Origin: Haliotis rubra
Lineage: Eukaryota
Assembly: GCF_003918875.1 (NCBI RefSeq)
Contig: NW_025767626.1
Span: 124,001 to 188,000, forward strand
DNA length: 64,000 nucleotides
Direction of reading: 5' to 3'
Numbering within the stretch: position 1 is the stretch's first letter; the number at the start of each line of letters is the position of its first letter. Under the pieces are notes generated by a model. It was not told the DNA's origin, made no database searches, and saw only the letters and a list, made by a program, of their open reading frames with translations. Position numbers and translations under genes: made by a program. Of the stretch, positions 43,848 through 58,305 are shown piece by piece.

Positions 43848-46800
43848 TCAGTGGCACCACTTTCCTCCTGTCTGCTGTTGGAATACGTCTATTGAATCTC
43901 CATCCTCCATCTCCAGCTGAAACAGACACGATCATCAGCTCACTCCAAGACTGTGCCTCATTTACACTGGTGTGTGTACCAACGCTGGTCTGATGACCCA
44001 AGCCTAATCAATTTTTCATGTCATTAGAATATAAGTTATTATTGAACTCAATTTCTTTCTAACAAATGAAAATACTATAGTTTATTCAATCATATGATGT
44101 GGCTTCTGTCCTCTGGAAAGGCTTCAGCAACATAAATTCCACACTAAATGCCCTTGGCTAGCAAGTAAAAACTGAACAAATATATTATTTGCTTAAATAC
44201 TGATTAATCCTACCATGGCATTTCAAGCCTCATCCCCTGTATTGATGGTTTTCGGTGAAATGTCACCTCAATGAAACCACTAATACAGCATAAACAAGGA
44301 AATGTTGACTTATGGTTGGGGAATTACAACTGTCATTTGCTGCTGACTTGCGGTCAACTATCCCCTGAGAACACGTGTATGCATGCAGGAACAGTGATTC
44401 AGTCAATGGAAGCTCGGTAGCTTTTCTAGCTAAACAACTAAAGTACTCACCAAAGAAGGGGAATCTGACTCGTTAATTGGATTTCCATCAAACCGGAATC
44501 GCACTTGTTGGGCTTGAATTCCCTGAGAGAAAAACATGGTGGTCATAAGAATCATTAACACTGTGCCCAACTTAAAACAGAAGTGTAATTTAACAACTAA
44601 TAAAGCAATTCTTTGTGTATTTAAAAAAATTAAAAAGTTAGTCCCCAAACTAGAAAGAATCTAACCAATAGTTAAAATTATTGGTCAAGAAAATGTCTTT
44701 GTTTGGATGAACAAAATTCCTTGGTGTAGCTATAATGTTTACAGATTGAGGATAAAATTACACAACATAATCCTTTAAAATGCTGCCTAGCATGCAGTCA
44801 ATACAATTGACACTAAGTCAACATACAGGTCGGTTCATGGTCAATTGCATATTGTACATTTTCATCAAGGAAGTTAACACCTCTCTTCATTCAACTCAAG
44901 CAATATGTCCTAAACTGTATACAGAATAGTAATTTGTGATGTACTTGAAAAGTTGTCACATACTTAAGGTTAGGTACATACCAACAATTGTGTACATGGA
45001 AGTGCTGATCACATGTTAGCTACTCTCTATAATGGTGGGAAGTAAGGCTGTTAGGAACAGAAGCCCTTCATTAATTCAATTTGTTGTTCATGGTCACCAG
45101 AACCAAATAGTTACCATTTTTTAAAGGGAGCTTGTTTTATTTGACCCGTATGTCCATTTTCAAAGAGAGATAAGCAAGAATGGAATATGTTCTAGCCTTT
45201 CAGGAGTGTTAGTTGTGTCAGTTTGCAAGAGCCGTGCTATAACATACCTAATTTGACGGTCATGAGATCACTGGTCATTGCTGTGGCAAATTAACAATGT
45301 CAACATGGGCATTGCATATTGTGCATCAATCTCTTGACAACATTATTGTATTCATGAATAAATATTCTTATTTGTTAGCCAATATTAGTGATATGTATTG
45401 TATTCAGCCACATAGTGTATTCGTTGCAGCCCTAGTGGAAAGGAAATTGATTTGTAATCTTGACCTTAATAATATGGACTGTGACCAGGGATTTACCTTG
45501 AGTCCTGTTTTTGAGCTTCCCTGGGAATTTTCAGGGGTCCTGGACATCAAAGTGGGGGTGCCAGAAACTTAAATATTATTACTAATACTGTTATTGTATT
45601 GTGTATCATGATTGTAACTGTAATTGTTACAGTAATGAAATTTCAAATGATACCATAACTCAGCTAGTAGCAAATTCAGTGATAACTTTTTGTTACTTGA
45701 TTGAATTTTTACAAATGTATTTGGACTTTTTCTACGTCCCTGTGGATGAGCTAATAAATTTTGTTGCGTCCATTGTCAATTTTTATGTGTATAGGACGCA
45801 GGAATTCGCATCCTGTAAATCCGTGTGACAACAGGAATTTAGTGCTATGAACCCAGTCAGGAATATGTCACAATTCTTCTGTAACTGATAGACCGTTACA
45901 AGCAGACAAAAAGCACTGCTTGCAAAAAATGCATTCCAAATATCTGGTCTGTTGTATTTTTTGCATGAAAGACACGTGTTTCTGTTTCTTGTGAGCACTG
46001 TATACCCATGTCAATCCCTGTTGATACCCTCCCAACTAGCCAACTAAGATAAATGTCAGAAATAGAATTACTTCCGCTTTGCAATCCCAACTCTGTAACA
46101 TCTTTTGACATTTCTGCAAAGAGTAAGAATTGTTTCCCTTGACACAAGTCCACCAATTGAAATGAAGGTTGTTTGTATAGTGACACTATCAACAAAGGGA
46201 GGGCTGGGCTTCGGAACCATATTTGGTTACTGACGACATCACTGACCATGTCATGCCCCAAAAGATTTATTGTCACTTTGACTTAATGCTGCTTTGAAAA
46301 GTGTTTCCGACATCTACAATACTGCATCATTCATCGTTCAGAAATATTGCACTTACGACTCTTTGACAATAGGCAGACATGAGTTTCCTCAGCTGTGTGT
46401 TCTTCTTGATCTTGAAATGCACCACGCTGCCATCTTGGCCGGCCACCTTCAGGTTGATGTGCTCACTGTTCTCGGGCTTGATCTCATCAACACCCTGGCA
46501 AATTACAAATTAACATTCAGAGTGGGTCAACATTTAAAGGGCCATCATTGTTTGGAAAACACAAATCCACGGAGACTACATGAGGATGTGCTCTAAACAG
46601 CCTAATGTGTAAGGGAAGCTCAAAATGGCTCAAATATGCAAGGAACACAGACTATAATAGATGGGAATCCATCATAACATCTTCAGGTCAAAATCAACAA
46701 TATTCTCGACATCCCCTACATCTTTGCTTCAGAAGTCCGGTAAAGGTTTTTGTTGTACGGTAGAGGTCTTCTTGTTCTACTTGTTGCAAAGAAAAAAAAG

Positions 46801-48425
46801 ACATGCAAAGTACAACCAAGTCACTAAGTCTGATTACCTGGTCTATTTCGTCAACCCCTTTGATGAGCAAATGCTGCTGGAGACATCTTTAACCAGACAG
46901 GCATCATAAACAATAATTCAAGGCAACAAGATGGACCAGTCAGTGTAAGTTGTCCTTGACAAGTTTACGGAAAGCCAAAGCTTTTTTTTCAAACATCATA
47001 ATCCTAGTTTTAAAATGAAAGATTTAGATAATATATTATTTGACACAATACAGTGTACAAATAATCTTTAGCTAATTACGATTGTTAACTAGTGGCTCAA
47101 CAGAACACAGGTGTGTCACAACAGGAATGTCACAATTTACTAATATATTGTTACATTGATAACATTCTCACAAGACAATACCTGATGAACACATTGCTCT
47201 GATAAATAACAATTTAATCTTGTATCATTTAACACTGAATATTTGAAACAGCAATGGAAAGACCATGTTGGCAAAATGGGTCAAGTCCAGTCTACACAAA
47301 AATTGTACTTTCTCATTTATTCAGTCAACATTACAAGATATACAGTTTTTAGACTTAAAGTCTGTTCTAGTCTTTGTGTTGAACTGATACTCAGACATGT
47401 CTGACAAAAAAGTAAGTATATGGACTGAAATCAGACATAATTATTTTCAATTATGACACCAGACATTCTGGACGCCTCAAACTTTTTAAATATTGTCAAT
47501 GCCATAGTAAATACAACAATTCACTGAAAACTGTGGCACATTAGGTATCTTGATATACATCATACTATGAAGACAATTGTGATGTGAGAGAGTGGCTTCT
47601 TAACTTTCAGAATCACTTGATACTGTCCTACTACAACAGCTACCATCTTATACTAAATATAACAAACCATAGTCAATGATAGTACTCCACAATGAACAAA
47701 GTAAGAGGGTAGATATATCTAGAATCCCAATCTATATATTATCGGTCTAATGCAGCATACAAAAGGAACCTATAATGACTTGTAAAATATGTAAACACTG
47801 TTTTGTGATTAGTTACTAGCATATATACAGATCTGACAAGGGAGCGTTTAATCCCTATCCTTGTGATCGAGGCTAAACATTACACGAAAAGAAAACATTT
47901 AAGATCGTTTCTCGATTACTTTAAAACAAAACAAACAACATAACAACAGCCTGTAAGACTTAAGTACGAACATAATGTGGGAAGTTACATCAAAACCCAT
48001 AATGAATTCTAGAAAGAATTATTTTAGTTGTCAAAATAGTTCGACCATGTAAGGAAGAACATGTGGCGTAAAAGGGAACTGGTATCAAAACAAACAATGC
48101 CGTTTCGTTGAGGTCGAAATTAAAGAAAACATTTCATGAGGACTACAACAGCAGACACCGTTGTTCACAGGATTTAGCTACGGTTGAAAATAAAAAATCG
48201 CAGACACAGCTTTCAGAATATTTTTAGAACTAAGGAGAAAGAAACCGAAGATGGAGAATGCGTAGCGGGATCTCGGAATAAAACGTGCTCAAAAGGGATC
48301 AAAATACGAAGTAATCCTTTTGTTTCTAGATTCCCATTAGCACAACGTTTGTGGATTTCATTTCAACTGAATGATAATAATTTTACCCCTTGGTTGCAGT
48401 TCTGTTGCAGCTGTTGTTCTGACAT
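43848..48425 (-). CDS. SUMO: Small ubiquitin-related modifier, SUMO2/3-type (105 aa)
   Basis: Exons 48387-48425 ([13 protein letters not shown]), 46357-46494 ([46 protein letters not shown]), 44451-44522 ([24 protein letters not shown]) and 43848-43916 ([22 protein letters not shown]). All are GT-AG, phase 0, and the di-glycine motif is present. Confidence 0.95.
45485..45826. mobile_element. Possible MITE remnant in a SUMO intron
   Basis: Short TIR cagggattta / taaatccgtg, with tgac on both flanks. Confidence 0.35.
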
Positions 48426-48454
48426 CTTTTCTAGGTGGAGATCCGCACTCCTTC

Positions 48455-48530
48455 TGAACGAAAATGGCGCACAAAGAAGGCAGCCTGGGATATGTTCCGA
48501 AAGAAGGTTCCCTGTGATTGGTCAAATATT
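48455..48530 (-). promoter_or_regulatory. Probable SUMO core promoter (YY1-like gcgccatttt and a CCAAT box)
   Basis: aaaatggcgc at 48461-48470 and gattggtc at ~48516-48523, just upstream of the ATG. Confidence 0.55.
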
Positions 48531-49767
48531 TGACCTTCAGATGACCTTGTCTTATTTTGTCTATGTTGCTTATTTAATACACCGGTAAAGTATATAACAA
48601 CTGGCTGTTAGTTATTTCTTATTTTGAGATAAATGTCAGAGACTAAAGAAAGCATGCATAAAGCCTTTACTTTCATCAATACGTTGGGCTTTCGTGCACT
48701 TTTAGAGAAACAGTCACACCAATGAAATGCTTTCTTACAACTCTAGGTCATGCTTTTTATCAGACCGCGGGAAAATGTCTAACTTTTAAACCACACAAAC
48801 GTGTCTGTTTTAAATTTAACCACATCATTTCTATAACTTATTTAGGGGTGAGCGTGTAACGGGAAACTACTGTAAATACACGTATGAATTAAGGAGCCCT
48901 ACCTAATTTGGGTACAGAAACAATTGTCCGTGGGTACATAGGCCTGAGGGTATAAAAGATATAGGTACAGGGAGGTCTATTGTTGGTACAGTCTGTAGGC
49001 CCATGTATACCGGCCTCTGGTACGGTTTCTAGCGTATAACATCAATTGTTGGGTGCACTGATTGTGTTATTTGAGTATGCTGATCAGCGAATATTAACGA
49101 CCATGCGTTTACCGATACATCGTGAATTGATGCCGAACGTTGCGAGATACGACATTCGCGCATCGCATGGAACGATTGTTTATGGGCCATCACGTACTAG
49201 CCGAGCAATAGAACCCGTACTACAACAGATTCTCTCCCAATCTGACAGACAGCTACCAGATATACCTGAACTAACCCGTCCCGCAAGCGAAACCCAGCAT
49301 TCTGTCACCCCATGCACCTATCCGAATCCTTCATGGTGGGTGCAACACGTTGTTTCAAAATCCGTTCTCGTTACCCGTTTCCATTTCAGGTTTAGTTTCT
49401 CATGTTGTCTTCTTTACAGATCATTGTCAAAATAGTGTAAGAAACATTTTGTATCAACCCATTTTTACAAAATCGTATTCTGGTATTTGTACCCCCGCCC
49501 CTTGTCACCCAGTCCCCGCAACGCGAAGCTGTGCACCCCACGTGGAGGATAGCGCCACATGAAGTCTTATACCATAAAGGGTAATAAGTGTCAAGTCACA
49601 GATCACAACCCTCCGTATCGTAATTCGTCTCTGTTAGACACATGTAGCTTAGACTAACATCTAGTCTTTGAAATGAAACATATTATTTATTGAAAACCGG
49701 TCCCTAGATTTTTTGTATTATGTCCTATGATAGACAAAGAGCATCACCATGCTAGTGTGTCTCAGTA

Positions 49768-52510
49768 GACAGATGTGAAGTAACGTGTGTTTTGACAACA
49801 ATATTATAGATGTGACCACATGATGCACAACGGCCATGTCATATACCGATCCCTGTGATGTCACACAGCTACCATGTCACATGTGACAGATGTGAAGTAA
49901 CGTGTGTTTTGACAACAATATTATAGATGTGACCACATGATGCACAACGGCCATGTCATATACCGATCCCTGTGATGTCACATAGTTACCATGTCATATG
50001 TGACAGATGTGAAGTCACGTGTTTTTTACAATATTATAGATGTGATCACACGATGCACAACGGCCATGTCATATACCGATCCCTGTGATGTCATATAGCT
50101 ACCATGTCACAAGTACAGATGTGAAGTCACGTGTTTTTTTGACAATATTATAGATGTGATCACACGATGCACATACAGCCATGTCATATACCGATCCCTG
50201 TGATGTCACATAGCTACCATGTCACATGTGATCAGATGTGAAGTCACGGTGTTTTGACAATGTTATAATGTGATCACTGTGATGTGCACGTCTACCATGT
50301 TACATACCGATCACTGTGATGTCACACGTCTACCATGTCACATGTGACAGATGTGAAGTCACATGTGTTTTGACAATATTATAGATGTGACCGTCTACGA
50401 TGTTACAAGTGGCCATGTGATATCACCGATCCCCGTGATGTCACAGTGATCAGCTACCATGTCACATGTCTGTAATGTGAAGTGATCACTGTGATGTCAC
50501 ACAAGCTACCTTATAGATGCTATCACCACACGATGCACATAACGGCCATGTCATATACCGATCCCTGTGATGTCACATATAGCTACCATGTCACAAGTCA
50601 TCAGATGTGAAGTCACATGTAGCTACCTTATGACAATATTATAGATGTGACACACGATGTTACAAGTGCCATGTCATATACCGATCCCTGTGATGTCACA
50701 CAGCTACCATGTCTACCATGACAGATGTGAAGTCACGATGTTTTGACAATAATATTACAAGTGATCACTGTGATGCACGTCGGCCATGTTATAACCGATC
50801 CCTGTGATGTCACACGTAGCTACCATGTCACAAGTAATCACTGTGAAGTCACATGTGTTTTGACAATATTATAGATGACACCGTATGTCATGCATCAACT
50901 GTGGATGCACATGTCTGTAATATATAACCGATCCCTGTGATGTCACACAAAGCTACCATATTACAAGCTGACACTGTGAAGTCACGTGTGTTTTGACAAT
51001 ATTATAGATGTGATCACACGATGCACAATAGCCATGTCATATACCGATCCCTGTGGATGTCACATATAGCTACCATGTCACATGTGACAGATGTCAAGTC
51101 ACATGTGTTTTGACAATATTATAGATGTGACCACATGATGCACAACGGCCATGTCATATACCGATCCCTGTGATGTCACACAGCTACCATGTTACAAGTG
51201 ACAGATGTGAAGTCACATGTGTTTTGACAACAATATTATAGATGTGACACGCGTCTACCATGTTACAACGCCATGTCAAATAAGTATCGATCACTGTGAT
51301 GTCACATATCTACCATGTCATATAAGTGATCCCTGTGATGTCACATAAAGCTACCATGTTACAAGTGATCCCTGTGATGTCACACAAAGCTACCTTATTA
51401 CAAGTGATCACTGTGATGTCACACATCTGTAATATTACAAGCTATCACTGTGATGTCACATATAGCTACCATGTCACAAGTGATCACTGTGATGTCACAT
51501 ATAGCTACCATGTCACAAGTGATCACTGTGATGTCACACATGTCTACCATGTTACAAGTGATCACTGTGATGTCACACAAAGCTACCATGTCACAAGTGA
51601 TCACTGTGATGTCACATATAGCTACCATGTTACAAGTAATCACTGTGATGTCACATATAGCTACCTTATTACAAGTGATCACTGTGATGTCACACGTCTA
51701 CCATGTTACAAGTGATCACTGTGATGTCACACGTCTACCATGTTACAAGTGATCACTGTGATGTCACACATCTACCATGTTACAAGTGATCACTGTGATG
51801 TCACACATGTCTACCATGTTACAAGTGATCACTGTGATGTCACACATCTACCATGTTACAAGTGATCACTGTGATGTCACACGTCTACCATGTTACAAGT
51901 GATCACTGTGATGTCACACATGTCTATCATGTTACAAGTGATCACTGTGATGTCACATATAGCTACCTTATTACAAGCTATCACTGTGATGTCACACAAA
52001 GCTACCATGTCACAAGTGATCACTGTGATGTCACACATGTCTGTAATATTACAAGTGATCCCTGTGATGTCACACAAAGCTACCATGTCACAAGTAATCA
52101 CTGTGATGTCACATATAGCTACCATGTTACAAGTGATCACTGTGATGTCACACAAGTCTACCATGTCACAAGTAATCACTGTGATCTCGCATATAGCTAC
52201 CTTGTCACATGTGATCATGCTGATGTCACACATGTCTACCATGTTACATGTTATCACTGTGATGTCAACATATAGCTACCATGTTACATATGATCACTGT
52301 GATGTCACATATAGCTACCATGTTACATATGATCACTGTGATGTCACACATGTCTGCACTATTACATGTGATCATTGTGATGTCACACATAGATTCCATG
52401 TCACATGTTATCATTGTGATGTCACACATAGCTACCATGTCACATATGATCACTGTGATGTCACATATGTCTACCATGTCACATGTGATCACTGTGATGT
52501 CACACAATGT
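49768..52510. repeat. Satellite with a 39-bp monomer (tgatcactgtgatgtcacatatagctaccatgtcacaag) and a ~117-bp trimeric variant
   Basis: ~117-bp units at 49768-50270, a mixed zone to ~51330 and monomers to 52510. Confidence 0.93.
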
Positions 52511-53316
52511 CACCGACTGATAATCCTTGTTCTAATATATAGCAAAAACGGAATCATGTCAGAATGATCACAAACATGTCATTTTCTCACTTATTTTATT
52601 ACACCTTCCTCACTGGCATAGTCAATAGAGCTACTCTCACAAACAATGAATACACAGATCTTCTTAAACAATGAAGATTCTGATTAATGGTGCATAAACA
52701 TTTTGTCATGGAATACCATGGTCAAATTATGAATGTAACTTTGATTATTTCATCAGGCTTCATTTTCTATCACTAGATTATTAGAATCTGATACACATAA
52801 ATACATTGTATGTACTATAGCAAACTTGCAAAAACCAAAAACAAACAACATAAAGAATATATATCGAAGGTGGCACAGTTGGCTCAATCCACAAAAGTGC
52901 TGGAGTTCACAGTGCTGAGCTGTCTCTGTTGGCAGTGCAACAATCTACCAAGAATTCAAACTTCAGATTCATGCTAAGTATGAGTTGTTTCTAAGTACGA
53001 TACCTGCCCTTGTATTTAGGGTTTCAAGAAAGGTATAAACATGTATAAAAATGAAGACCCCCCAACCCCAACATTTATATTGTTCAATGCATGACAAAAT
53101 ACCTCAGATTGTCTCCCCATCTCAGTAATCATTAAGATGTTTGAACTTGCCCAATACATATATTGCACTCATTACACAGAAAATACCAGGTGAGCAGAAT
53201 ATGTGGGCTGGATGACACTGTGTCGCGTCATAGCGGTATGCTGGGGACCTGGCAAAACACATGATGTGCACTGGTCACCTCCATGATGTCACAGGCCAAC
53301 AACCACACGTTGGTAT

Positions 53317-53653
53317 CAGTGTGCGAAATAGCTGCTATCCCGCTAGCCCATGGCTAGTAAAATTCCAGTTGGGCCAGTAAATCTCTACAGTCACTGGCCC
53401 GACTGGCTAGTGATTTTTCATGGGGACATTTTGTAAAATAATATATCACACTCTCCGATTTGTTAAGTTATAATACACTTTTAAATCATGCAACATTATG
53501 GCCTGATAGAAATGTTCATCATATCAGTAGCTTAATGATCAAATCCGTGTCTACATTCAAATTTCGGGCCAGTGAATTATTTTATGGGCTAGGAACTTAC
53601 AGGCATACCTAGCCCGACTGGCTTGCAAAATTTGGAATTTATTTCACATACTG
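53317..53653. mobile_element. hAT-type MITE
   Basis: TIR cagtgtgcgaaata / tatttcacatactg, a perfect 8-bp TSD gttggtat, and subterminal (c)tagccc/gggcca motifs. Confidence 0.85.
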
Positions 53654-53949
53654 GTTGGTATGTGTGAGAATCAAGACGGTAGACACAAACATTGTATGGT
53701 CAACTTATATAAACATTGTTCTGTACTCACATTAAAGTAACCTTCTCTGTCTTTGAAGAGAAAACAAAGCCAAACTTTCTGCAGTAATGTTTGTATATTG
53801 AACCAAAGATGATTGTAGGCGCATTGTTACTAAAAGACCAGAGCATTGTGGGAAGGGTGAGTACAGGCTACACTACATATACATGGTACATGGTACACAT
53901 GCTGTAATGTCGTTAACTAAACTCAGTCAGTCATGGTGTAATGTCGTAA

Positions 53950-54930
53950 ACACACATGGTATAATCTCTGTATTGTTATACAGACACATGGTATAATCTA
54001 TGTATTGTTGTACAGACACATGGTATAATCTATGTATTGTTGTACAGACACATGGTATAATCTATGTATTGTTATACAGACACATGGTATAATCTATGTA
54101 TTGTTGTACAGACACATGGTATAATCTATGTATTGTTGTGCAGACACATGGTATAATCTATGTATTGTTATACAGACACATGGTATAATCTCTGTATTGT
54201 TGTACAGACACATGGTATAATCTATGTATTGGTATAATCTATGTATTGTTATACAGACACATGGTATAATCTCTGTATTGTTGTACAGACACATGGTATA
54301 ATCTCTGTATTGTCATACAGACACATGGTATAATCTATGTATTGTTGTACAGACACATGGTATAATTTCTGTATTGTTGTACAGACACATGGTATAATCT
54401 ATGTATTGTTATACAGACACATGGTATAATTTCTGTATTGTTGTACAGACACATGGTATAATTTCTGTATTGTTGTACAGACACATGGTATAATCTCTGT
54501 ATTGTCATACAGACACATGGTATAATTTCTGTATTGTACAGACACATGGTATAACCTCTGTATTGTTGTACAGACACATGGTATAATCTATGTATTGTTG
54601 TACAGACACATGGTATAATTTCTGTATTGTTGTACAGACACATGGTATAACCTCTGTATTGTTGTACAGACACATGGTATAATCTCTGTATTGTTGTACA
54701 GACACATGGTATAATCTCTGTATTGTTGTGACACATGGTATAACACATGTATTGTTATACAGACACATGGTATAATCTCTGTATTGTTGTACAGACACAT
54801 GGTATAATCTCTGTATTGTTGTACAGACACATGGTATAATCTCTGTATTGTTGTACAGACACATGGTATAATCTCTGTATTGTTGTACAGACACATGGTA
54901 TAATCTCTGTATTGTTATACAGACACAGGT
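53950..54930. repeat. 32-bp minisatellite (cagacacatggtataatctctgtattgttgta), decaying to ~55230
   Basis: About 30 units. Confidence 0.97.
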
Positions 54931-55257
54931 TACTCATTCTGTCATGATATATAGTTGCATGCTATAATCTCCATAATGGCATAAGACATGTGATACAATA
55001 TTTGTAAGGATGTTAAGACACATAGGAAAAATCCTGTAATGATAGAAAGGCAAACAGCATATCTCCCACCGATATTAACACACATGGTACAATATTTGTA
55101 GTGGTATAAAGAGATAGGGAAACAATCTGCAATGATATAAAGGCACATGGTACAATCTCTGCAAATATATAAGGACACATTGTACAAGTTCTGTAACAAA
55201 ATAACATTGAGTACATAAAGACACATGAGTTTTGAGAAAAGGTCAGATTCAGATGTG

Positions 55258-55556
55258 GCAAGTTCGACACAGTTGGTAGAACTACCCTCATGCTGAACAC
55301 AGCTAATATGATAGATGCACAATCATGTTGGCTGTTTGGCTGTATAGTGTTGTGTGCTGTCCGACAATCATGTAGGCTGTTTGGCTGTATAGTGTTGTGT
55401 GCTGTCCGACAATAACATGTGTTCTACAGCAAGTTCGACACAGTTGGTAGAACTACCCTCATGCTGAACACAGCTAATATGATAGATGCACAATCATGTT
55501 GGCTGTTTGGCTGTATAGTGTTGTGTGCTGTCCGACAATAACATGTGTTCTACAGA
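55258..55556. repeat. Local tandem duplication (~170 bp, with a nested ~46-bp duplication)
   Basis: gcaagttcgacacagttggtagaactaccctcatgctg... occurs at ~55258 and ~55429. Confidence 0.85.
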
Positions 55557-55831
55557 GCCACCAGGGCGGTCAGCGCTACCGTGGGTCACCCTCCTGCAGG
55601 ACATGGATTATAGTAAAGCTTGTATATACAAATGTTTAATACAGGCAATGGTTTTTCGTTACTTCATTGTTTACATTAATGAAACAAGTTTTTGTAAACC
55701 CGGATAATGACTACAATGATTATCGATTACCTGCAGTCTAAAATCAGGAGGCAACAGACTTATTAGTAAGAAACATTCATTTTCTCCAGTATTTAAATCA
55801 CAAAACCTAACTGATTCTGTGTTTCTATTAA

Positions 55832-57756
55832 AGGGGCACTGATCCAGAGCGAATTATGTTTCTCACCAACAGTCTAATTATGAAACCTAGCTGCAAGCAG
55901 GTCAGCCCCTGCTCCCTCGACCGTGACGGACACGGGGACTGGGCTACTGTCCATCTTGGTAGAATTTCTTCAACCTAAACATTGGGACATTAGGAAGGAT
56001 GGATGCCCATCAGATGTCATTATTTGACAATATCCCGGTAGTTCTTGTCTGATTGTCATAAAGTATCCCAGCAGTGTAGGCTTTTTCGGACTTTCTAATG
56101 CCTGGATGGTATAGTGACTGATCCAATTTGATCTAATTTCTGTGTTTTTTACCTTGATATTTAATCATGTCATGTAAATGTATGATGTCTATTACCTATG
56201 ATATTAAAAACACACATTTGATTTATTTGAATCCGTAAACTAAACAACCCAAATAATCTGAATATTTACTTAGGTAAATAGGTATACACAGTTTATAATT
56301 TAAGTACACAGCGAATGCTTATATGTATTTCTTATGCAACAAAAAACAGTGTCTGCCCATTTCAGGCAATTAAAACTGCATGCAATACAGCGATTACGAA
56401 CCAGCAATTACTACTCCATTACTGTAAGTCGTGTTTGGTGGTATAAACCTACACATGTTATTTGTCATCATTCACTGGATGGTCAGTTAATGAATTTATA
56501 ACAGGCATAATTAGTGGTCACACCACTCACATTACCCGACAAAGGTTCCCATTTGGCATTTCTTGTGTCTGGAGTAAATACACAACATTATTAATTAAGG
56601 CCTGATGTGGCAAATGTCTTACATGTTATGTAATATGCGCATGGAAGTGCAGCAAGAGGAATTATTAGCTGAGTTACAAAAACAAACATCGATCAAAGGA
56701 TTAACCGATAACACGCTGATTGATTAATTGCGTTTATCTTGCACACGGATTTGTCAAAAGGAAGTGTTTATGGATGTAGATTAACTAATCTATGCTGAAT
56801 ACACCCTGTCGTAAAGTGCCCGTGTAAAAACAATGTCCTTCCTTCAAAGGATTAACCGTCAATACTTTGATTGATTGCTCATTATTGGCTAACTCAACTC
56901 TTGCTTTAAACAATGGCGGACATCATGCAATTAGTTGCCAGGTGTGCTATCTTGAGTGACCAATGAGACTACACCGATGTGAAAAACTGAAACGATATAT
57001 CACTGTTTTGCTTATTAGACTGTTAAAAGACACATGACATGGAACAAGATTAGAATATTTGTCAGCTGCAGATGAATGGCATATCGTTTCTTTATGTGGA
57101 TATTAATGGACACATTCCTCGAAACAAGGTAATAGCCTGACATTCTTGCTATAACTTTAGTCTGTTTTAGTTTTAATGTTTGCATTGTGTTTTTATTCAT
57201 TTGTCGTAGCATTCAACAGAATCATTGTTTTCGCAGTGATGTGTAATGAGACAGACAACATACACTAGGTCGCACTTAGGGCGTGTGTGTGAAATATGAT
57301 TCACGTAGGCTATCTATAAAATGTCATGCAAAACAAAATGTAAGATATTACAGTCATGTTATAAATTCACTATAAGTACAAGCAGATCATTAAGTTTCAA
57401 AATGCATGCAAATATGATAATAAGCTACATGTAATTAGGATTATAAGACAAAATATAAAGACGTACATTAGCTTTGCTATTCTTAAGTCTTAACATTTTT
57501 CGCCCTGGCAAATGGTTAAACTTCAAAATGTTTTCATTTGTTATCATAATAATAAAGATGGAAATATTATCGAGTAAAAATCATTTCATCTTTTTTTCAT
57601 CAATCTATACTTTAACTATCAATTGCGCATGCGGGTGGCGCAGCAGAGGTCACGAACCAGTCAAGAATTCTGGGATATCATCCAGGTACTCACGGGAGAA
57701 AAACAATAACAAAAGCAACAACCAGTCCACGGAAATTGCTCTGGATCAGTGCCCCT
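55832..57756. mobile_element. Non-autonomous TTAA-targeting DNA transposon, Kolobok-like
   Basis: Perfect 19-bp TIR aggggcactgatccagagc / gctctggatcagtgcccct flanked by TTAA on both sides. The purine-starting termini differ from piggyBac CCY termini. There is no transposase ORF. Confidence 0.8.
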
Positions 57757-57872
57757 TTAATATCCCCCAAATATCTTACATCGTGATATAGAGATGATCA
57801 ACATCTGAATCTCGTCTGCACATTTTGGAAGGATTTTAGTGTTACATTCAGTAAGTATATTACTCTACACAT

Positions 57873-58305
57873 TAGTGGTGTTCCGATGATCGAAAATCGA
57901 TCGAAAGAACGATTAAAAATGATTATCGATTGTAAAAAAAATCATATTTTCGATTAATTGGAATTGTGTTGTTTTAGTTTAACACACTTGAATGAACTAA
58001 ACTAGCGGTTAAATTTGACGAATATCCATGTACAAACATGCGCTTAACAGTGTAAAGCGTTGCGCGTTGTAAAATTTAACTACTTTTATTGTTTAATTAC
58101 AATTCCAGTGTCTTTCTTTCTTGCATGCATGCATTTCATTGCATGACAGTATTAGTTATAAGAAACATTTTTTTAAAAACCCTGGGGAAAACCCTTCAAA
58201 TTGGTGATTTCATTAAAAATGTATATATTTCGATTATAATCAATAATCGTTCACCTCAATCCTCCGATAATCGATAGTGGATTTGGTTTCCGATTCCCAA
58301 CACTA
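57873..58305. mobile_element. hAT-type MITE
   Basis: Termini tagtggtg / caacacta, a perfect 8-bp TSD ctacacat, and multiple atcga/cgatt subterminal motifs. Confidence 0.8.

Noticed and set aside
55880-55975. Alternative first coding exon for SUMO (MDSSPVPV...)
   Set aside because: The donor is weak and in phase 2, incompatible with phase-0 SUMO exon 2, and it lies inside a TIR element.
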